A DNA stretch of 57,987 nt, filler included, from Catajapyx aquilonaris (Eukaryota), in assembly GCA_000934665.2 (NCBI GenBank). It is 2 parts of 2 records of this genome, joined end to end, with 100 filler letters (N's around TTAATTAATTAA, not from the genome) between each part and the next. Parts side by side here need not be neighbours in the genome. Positions count along the whole stretch, not along the records: positions 28,974 to 57,987 come from JYFJ02004858.1; 1 more part is not named here. The stretch is one strand, 5' to 3'. The translations under genes were made by a program, and so were the position numbers. This document shows, piece after piece, positions 51,501 through 57,987 of the stretch; the first letter of the stretch is position 1; every line of letters starts with the position of its first letter. The notes beneath the pieces were generated by a model. That model made no database searches. It was not told the DNA's origin and saw nothing but the letters and a program-made list of their open reading frames with translations.

Positions 51501-52185
51501 ATTCGGATACACTGCAGGTGGTTAAGGATTTGGTGGACAAATGTGGAGGTGTCCAAAGGTGGTATGGACGGCCAGGTCAGGAAGGTCAAAGTGGACTTCA
51601 CCTGGTCGCACGATCTGGAAATGACGAGTTGGTGAAGTACTTGCTAGGAGAAGGTTGGCCTGTTGACCATCAGGTGACCAACGGAGAAACTCCTCTCCAT
51701 GAGGCTGTCCGAAATGGACACTTGACCACTTCAGAGATCCTGATAAGACATGGAGGAAATGTGCGAGCAAAAGCCACAATTGGGAACGAGCCTTTGCATT
51801 TGGTAACTGACGGAGGGAATGTCGAGTTGGCACAGCTGTTGGTGGACAATGGAGCTGATGTCCACGCTGAAGGAAGGAGGAATCGGACGCCTCTTCATCG
51901 GGCAGCCACCATCGGTCCTATGGAGATTGTTGAATTCTTGGTGTCAAAAGGGGCTGATCCAAGAGCTGTGGACATGGATGGTCACACACCCATTGATCTT
52001 GCAGAGTTGAAGAAGCAAGTGGAGAAGGCTTATTATCTGAAGGTGAGTTGATGGACATTGCCGCTGAATCCACCAGTAAAAAAATAATTGAATATTTTCC
52101 TTCAATATTACAGAGCGTCCAAGTTGAACCTGAGATTACCTCACGTCCTCACGAGACAGTTCAAATGGATATGGACCAATCATAA
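48522..52185 (+). CDS. predicted ankyrin-repeat / eIF2-alpha-kinase-like / ankyrin-repeat protein, ~1019 aa (exons 48522-49477, 50011-52042, 52114-52185)
   Basis: Tandem TPLH/TALH ankyrin repeats; kinase motifs LGHGSYGKV, YAIKRV, REV..LARLNHPHVVRYYNSW, LYMQLELC, HRDLKPHN, KIGDFGL, GTKLYMAPE; further ankyrin repeats; phase-2 donor and phase-2 acceptor match. Domains are high confidence, the exon join is inferred. Confidence 0.8.
49570..49975. repeat. ~30-40-bp minisatellite within the predicted intron
   Basis: Recurrent TTCTTACTCCT(T/G)TTAGTGACT(C/A)A. Confidence 0.9.
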
Positions 52186-52676
52186 CTGTTCTTGGTTGAA
52201 CTCATTGCTAATTTGCAGAAAAATCAATCAATCAATCGATGACTGACTGACTGACCTACCAATTATTTATTGATAAATAAATAAATAAATGATCAGTCAG
52301 TCAGTAACTACTCTGTTCTTCTTGTGTTGAACTACTGCTAATTCGCAGAAAAATCATTCAATCAATGATTGACCAACTGACTGATTGATTGATTTTTCTA
52401 CGAATTACCAGTAGTTCAACACAAGAAGAACAGATCGTAGCTATTGACTAACCGCCTCACTGATCAATGACTGATTGATGTGTCCTATTGTCATGGCTGT
52501 AAAATAATGTCCTATTGTCACCAATCAATCAATCAATCAATTATTGGTCAGTCAGTCAGTTAGTCAATAACTATAGTCTACTCTGTTTTCTTTTTGTGCT
52601 GAAATCGGTTGAAATATTGCTAATTTAAAATCAATCAATCAATCAATGACTGACTAACCGACTGATCGATTGTTGC

Positions 52677-52709
<33 letters not shown>

Positions 52710-52710
52710 G
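52186..52710. repeat. ATCA/GACT microsatellite-rich repeat region containing a ~53-bp inverted pair
   Basis: 52312-52364 is the reverse complement of 52382-52434 with 3 mismatches; related direct copies near 52186 and 52582. Confidence 0.8.
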
Positions 52711-52956
52711 TAAATGTCCCATTGTCACTCAATCCAGACACTGCAATAGTATCCACGTTACCTAGCACTATGTAAATAACAGACTTATGCAGAATAGGAA
52801 CTAAGGAAGGTCCATGCATCTTCTCTAATTATTTTTACAGTGTATGTATACCCCGTCGGGGCTTCAAAAAAGGGGTAAGAAATTATATTAAAACTTATTA
52901 ATGTTCCCAAAACTTAGCAGTGAATTGATCTCAATAATTATTTTTAGTCGTCTACC

Positions 52957-53610
52957 ATGGATAAGTCATCTGGAGACAAGAAGTCTGCTAATAGGGACTG
53001 TCCATATGGGATGTCCCAAAGGTCCAGACCCACTTTCCCATCGAAAGAATGGAAAGATTTTTCGGTAAGCAATAATTTCTGGGAGTTCTTGAGAGTCATT
53101 GTATTGACACTGTTTGTATATGCACAGAACGTCTCTGAGTTTGACTTTGCAATGGGATGGCTGGATGAGATAGACCGTGCTCTTCCTAGTGTCTGCAAGG
53201 GTAAGATGGACGGACTGAGGGCTCGGTTGACCGACAAAGATGAAGACATAGACTGGGCCAACTTCTACCAGGACCTGGCAAAGGAGATCAACGAACTGCC
53301 CAAGTTCATAGCGAGAGAGCGAAGGAGGATTGCATTGCTGCACAGGCAGTACCTGTTCAACATCAAGCTGAAGAACAACGAGGTCCTGATGGGCGGCCTT
53401 CCTGAGGAAGCTGTGTCGGAGTCGCAGCTCGGTGAGGACAGAGACAGTCTGTACTCCACGTCCAGCACCATGACCGCCTTCCGAAGAGACACCGTGACCG
53501 ACAGACGCTTCTCCGTCATGTCCTACGAAGCTCTGACCAGGGAGTACCTTAGGGTCACCAACAAGGCGATGCAGACAAATATAGACAAAGACGAAGAAGA
53601 GTACGAGTGA
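52957..53610 (+). CDS. intronless orphan protein, 217 aa, probably helical
   Basis: ACCATGG start context, GC-richer than flanks, acidic C-terminus; no recognised domain. Confidence 0.6.
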   Translation: MDKSSGDKKSANRDCPYGMSQRSRPTFPSKEWKDFSVSNNFWEFLRVIVLTLFVYAQNVSEFDFAMGWLDEIDRALPSVCKGKMDGLRARLTDKDEDIDWANFYQDLAKEINELPKFIARERRRIALLHRQYLFNIKLKNNEVLMGGLPEEAVSESQLGEDRDSLYSTSSTMTAFRRDTVTDRRFSVMSYEALTREYLRVTNKAMQTNIDKDEEEYE

Positions 53611-54087
53611 TTGTTCATGGCAAAATGCGGTGGCTGACCAAATTATTAAAAAGTGTGATAATATTACAATGAAAGGTAGTTTGTTCATTCACTAAATCGA
53701 TTCCACAATCAATCAATCAATCAACTACCCAACCATTCACTCAAATTAAGCCAGTCATTCAAATGAAAAGAGTGATGATATCCGGAAAGGTTTTGTTCAT
53801 TACCAATGTGATTTGATCTCCAATCAATCAATTAATCAGTGATGATATCATATTAATCAATCACAGAGTGATGACATTCCAACAAAAAGCAAAATGGCCA
53901 GACAATAAAGACGGTTTTGGTAGCCTACCTTTGTTTGTGTCGTTGCCTGGTGTTCAACAAGTGTATTATATTCCAGGCAAAGCCTAGTATAAGCTCTTTA
54001 TTGATTCCAGGTGTTCTAAAGAATACTTGTGGCATCCGCATTGTAAAAATTATTTTATGGATATTATTTAATTTGCGGATTTTAGAG

Positions 54088-54313
54088 ATGCCGATATATC
54101 ACCAACCATGTTCGTTGCAAACGTCCAGCTTGAACAAGATAGTGGACAGTGTGGCAGACGCTTGCAGGAGGGTTTATAAGAACTGGCCTCACGATGTGGA
54201 GCAACACTTCGCCATGGCACAACCTGGAGTAATTATTAAGACAATCAACGGTGTTCTCAAGCACACATTAGTACAAGGAGAGAGCTTGTCGACAGTGCAT
54301 ATGCATGTAGACG
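54088..54313 (+). CDS. possible first exon or truncated N-terminus of an LRR-type gene
   Basis: MPIYHQPCSLQTSSLNKI (loosely BC-box-like) ending at a G|GTAAG donor; no partner exon identified. Confidence 0.3.
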
Positions 54314-54554
54314 GTAAGCGACATTTAAGGTCGATATGTAGACATAATTATATTGTTTCTCGATATCAATATCTACAGTAGATAGACTTTCAACATATCT
54401 GCATGAAATAGCTCTCTGTACCTCAATTTTCAATATGTAGACCCACGAAAATCGATATCTTATGTTTTGGCCATATGGATTTCCAAAATCGATATAATAT
54501 CGATCAGCGATCCGGGTTTGATTGTCGATATGTCAATTTTTCTGTGGAAAGGGC

Positions 54555-55050
54555 ATCACAATATGTGCTGAAAATGGCCACCTTTTGCGTCCAGGCAGCA
54601 GGCCTGAACGCGACGCGACGCTCCATAATATTATTTTGGAATGGCAGCATGATGGCTAGCATGTTCTGAAGCACGGCCTGAATGTCTTGGACGATGCTTT
54701 CTTTCAAGGTGTCGATGGGTCGTAGTTTGTTTAATGGTAGACTCGCCCTTTCAGATAGCCCCATATAAGAATGAATTAGGCGGCGTAACATCAGGGCGAC
54801 CTTGGTGGACAAAGTCTCTTCGAAATGACTCGGTTACCTAGAATATTTTGTCCATGATCGGCGTGATGACATGTGACGTGTGTTGCATGTGTACTGAAAC
54901 AAACGATTATTCATTGACACCTAGAAAGAAAACATTGTCCAATAAATCCCGTCAGTACCGCAGGACATGCTGACCAGGTCCTTCCAAAATATGGAGCGTC
55001 GTCTTCAGGCCTGCCTGGACGAACATGGTGGCCATTTCCAGCACATGTTG
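54555..55050. mobile_element. two divergently oriented Tc1/mariner transposase C-terminal remnants
   Basis: Minus strand: QACCLDAKGGHFQHIL*; plus strand: MERRLQACLDEHGGHFQHML. Confidence 0.75.
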
Positions 55051-55343
55051 CTATGCCATTTACTTTCTCACATAATTAAGTTAGTTCAGTTTAAATGTCG
55101 TTGATATATCTTCAATAGCGTTAAAGCAAGTGGTTAAAGTTATTAGAGAAATTCCGAGTCAAGTAAGCGAGTGGGACACACTGTAGACTCCTTGGCGTAG
55201 TGGGTAACAAGAACATGCCACATACAACATGTGGGGCGTTTTCTGAACCAGCTTTCACGACATGAAATTTTCCCGACATTTTCGTCGAGTCCAGAAAGCA
55301 TTCTGGCCTTTTTAAAAAGACCATTTCGGGGTCTGGCCGTTTT

Positions 55344-55617
55344 AAATAAATAAATAATAATAATAATTGATACCCCGCGATAGGCCTCCCTGGGCCTCTT
55401 ATTAGGGGATCATCTTTTAAATATCCGACTTTAATCATTGCCTGCTCTGCGATGGATTTTGATTGTGGGAGGAAACTGGAAAACCCACGCGAACACGGAG
55501 AGAACCTATCGAAACTCTATCCACGTAAATATCCTTCCTCCTACCCGGGGATCGAACTCGGCACCTCCAGAGGTGGAAGGCTGGGGCGCTATAACCACTA
55601 CGCCACCGTGTAGCCCT
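55344..55617 (-). mobile_element. tRNA-derived SINE, family 4, with V-domain-like core
   Basis: A box TGGCGTAGTGG, B box GAGTTCGATCCC, core TTCTCTCCGTGTTCGCGTGGGTTTTCCAGTTTCCTCCCACA; TSD GGGTCTGGCCGTTTT. Confidence 0.85.
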
Positions 55618-55838
55618 GGGTCTGGCCGTTTTGAAAACGACCATTCCGCGGAATCGCGCGGAATGGATGGCTTGACATGGAGCATTCCGCGGTCTGGACG
55701 TTTTTTTCGCCCAATGGCCGTTTTCGGGGTTTGACACTAACATATCGACCTATGGTCAATGAACATTTTCGAATTCCGATCAATCCCCGTGTCACCCCGT
55801 CCTCTTCTTGTCTCTCAAAAGTATTTCCTCAGAAGCAA

Positions 55839-57987
55839 ATGATGCCCCTGAGGTCGTGGTGCACCCTGGTCCTCATCCGCCACACCTGGAACCTCTGCAA
55901 GGCGGTGTACAGAGGCGTGAGGGCCATTCACGACTACGTGCAGACCATACCTCGTCACATGGCCGACGCATACACCGAAGCCATGATGGAACACCCCTTG
56001 TATGCCTTGGACGCCATCTTCAGGCGGTGGTGGCCCTGGAAGGCCTGCAGTGCCTACCACCCATCCTGCACGCGTCTCAAGATCACTCGACACATGCTCA
56101 TCTCCGTTCAGTCAGAAGTCTTAGGATACCTACCAACCATGCGGGACCTCGAGGTGATCCATCTGGAGGGTGTTCATCAGGACCTGACTGCCGTTGCCGT
56201 GGACAAGTTGATCGAAAGCCTACCCTATCTTGGCAGGCTGCGCACATTAGTCATGCCATGCGACGGCACTGTCAGGGACCGGCACCAACTGCCATCCCTC
56301 CTGTCCCGACATTGTCCCAACTTGGAGGAACTTGAGTTCACATGGGGCATGTCGGCCAAACGGACGCTGGAAGGGTGTCCCAATCTGAAGCGTGTCACGG
56401 TCAGATATCTGGGACAGTACTACAGGCAGAGAGTGAGGCAGAGAGGGTGGCAGAGAGTGAGGCAGAGAGTGAGGCAGAGAGTGAGGCAGAGAGTGAGGCA
56501 TATCCTGGACAGCCTGCCCCAACTGACTTCTCTGAAGTTCGATCTGGAAGATTGGGTCATCGAGGCCTGTCCGGGTCCGTACACCGGTGTGCAGGCTATC
56601 AGCAGCAGCACCAGAGTTTCCCAGACGCTCTCCGACCTGGTCCGGGCGTTTCCGAACCTGACCGACCTTGACCTGGACATGTGTGAGATGGACGGGCCTG
56701 CCACGCCTCTGAACGACCTCCAGCAGCTGAGGGTGCTGAGGCTGACTATGATGACCTCTGAGAATAAGATGCTCCAGATCAGGCCGTGTCTGGCAAGGCT
56801 GAGATCGCTGAGACTTGTTTTGATCGAGCAACTGGATGCAGCACTAGAGCAGGTAAACCGCCCACGTGGTACCATGCCCCTCACGTAGATGGCGCATCCT
56901 CACTCGTCTCCGCAAATGTCGAAAACCCAACCGTTAACCCAAGTTCACGTTAATTCAAGTTTAAGTTAACATTGGTTTCTGTTAATAAGAGTTAAACAGT
57001 TAGCTTTGCACACTACAGTACTGCCACTCTCAGGAACGGGCGAGGGGTAGTGGTACTATACATGCACCTAGCTGATATCAACCCTTACAGAGGCACAGAT
57101 GTAGACGTGTTTGTTGACACTTTTTTTCCATTCCAGTTGCCGCTGTCCAACTTGACCTCGTTTTCTGTCCACAACTGCTACGAGGTAGACCTGGAGCAGC
57201 TGTGGAGAGTGATGCCCAACTTGACCTCTCTCTTCGTGTCCAGCTCCTGCTTCTCCCATCGGACGCCCAAGTTCGGCATGACGGAGGCCCCCTTCAGGTA
57301 AAAATAGCGGTTCTCTTCTGACCAACAGCTATTCACAAATATCTTGGCTACAGCGCTACAGTTATCATGTCCTGGGGATGTCATGCTGGCTAGGCCACCA
57401 CTGCATGAAGGTTCATGGATAACTAAGGTTAACGTAAACGAAAGTTACCATTAACTGAGGTTAAAGTAAACCTGGCTTACCTCGAACTGGCCTTAATGTA
57501 AATTTTGGTCAAATCAAACTGGAGTTAATGTGTACTCAGGTTAACGTAAACTGAGGTTAACGTAAACGTATGCTAACATAAACATATATTAATGTTAACT
57601 TGAACTGAGGTTAATATGAACTTTTGTTATCGTGAACTTGGGTTAACGTAAACTAATTTTGACTTGCACTTGGGTTAACGGTTGGGTTTTTGACATTACT
57701 TTGTCACTCCTGCATTTTTGGACTTGAATCGACCTGGAGTGACCTTTCCAGGCACCTGGAGACTCTCTCTGTGTGTGAAATTATTGGCGAAGAAAACTAC
57801 TTGGAATTGATCCACCTCCGATACCTGATGTCGCACTGCGTCGACCTCAAGAAACTCTCACTTAATTGCGGACACATCATGGACGATCGGACCTTGGCAG
57901 AACTGGTCAGCCGCATGACCCGACTCAAGGACCTCTACCTCTCCTGCCCGTCCCTGACCCTGGAGGTGCTGCCGATGCTCTTCGACG
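55839..57987 (+). CDS. leucine-rich-repeat protein, runs off the window (exons ~55833-56852, 57137-57297, 57752 onward)
   Basis: LRRs CPNLEELEF, CPNLKRV, LPQLTSL, FPNLTDLDL, MPNLTSL, CVDLKKLSL; phase-0 and phase-2 introns keep the frame; 12-bp tandem repeat encoding (RVRQ)n. Confidence 0.85.

Noticed and set aside
48522..52185. Calling the ANK-kinase gene RNase L, RIPK4/ANKK1, ILK or PERK
   Set aside because: No KEN nuclease domain; kinase motifs are eIF2-alpha-kinase-like rather than TKL-like; no signal peptide or transmembrane segment
54088..55833. Splicing the 54088-54313 exon onto the LRR gene
   Set aside because: Donor is phase 1 but the LRR frame needs phase 0 at the 55832 acceptor

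Overview
Eukaryotic genomic DNA, most likely arthropod (a divergent ionotropic receptor, many short ~55-70 nt introns, a Utopia-type retroelement). A synthetic 100-bp spacer (N44-TTAATTAATTAA-N44 at 28874-28973) divides the window, so linkage between the two halves is not established. The left half (1-28.9 kb) is a field of decayed transposons with no intact gene: hAT, PIF/Harbinger, piggyBac-like, Tc1/mariner and Sola-like elements, tRNA-derived SINEs with exact target-site duplications (TSDs), a degenerate Utopia/NeSL RLE retrotransposon flanked by a ~236-bp direct repeat, an isolated RTE-type 5' structured module, an RNase H-bearing LINE 3' end, a decayed IFT140 fragment and a ~2.2-kb duplication. 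The right half is gene-dense: divergent IR, F-box/LRR gene, ZSWIM7, a Myb/SANT-like gene, mitochondrial-type ALDH, dolichol kinase, tRNA-Met, an LRR gene and several orphans. The most notable result is that two separately called ORFs (48465-49481 and 49973-52051) join in frame across a repeat-filled intron into one predicted ~1019-aa protein: ankyrin repeats, an intact eIF2-alpha-kinase-type domain, then more ankyrin repeats. All family assignments come from motif recognition by eye; no database search was run.
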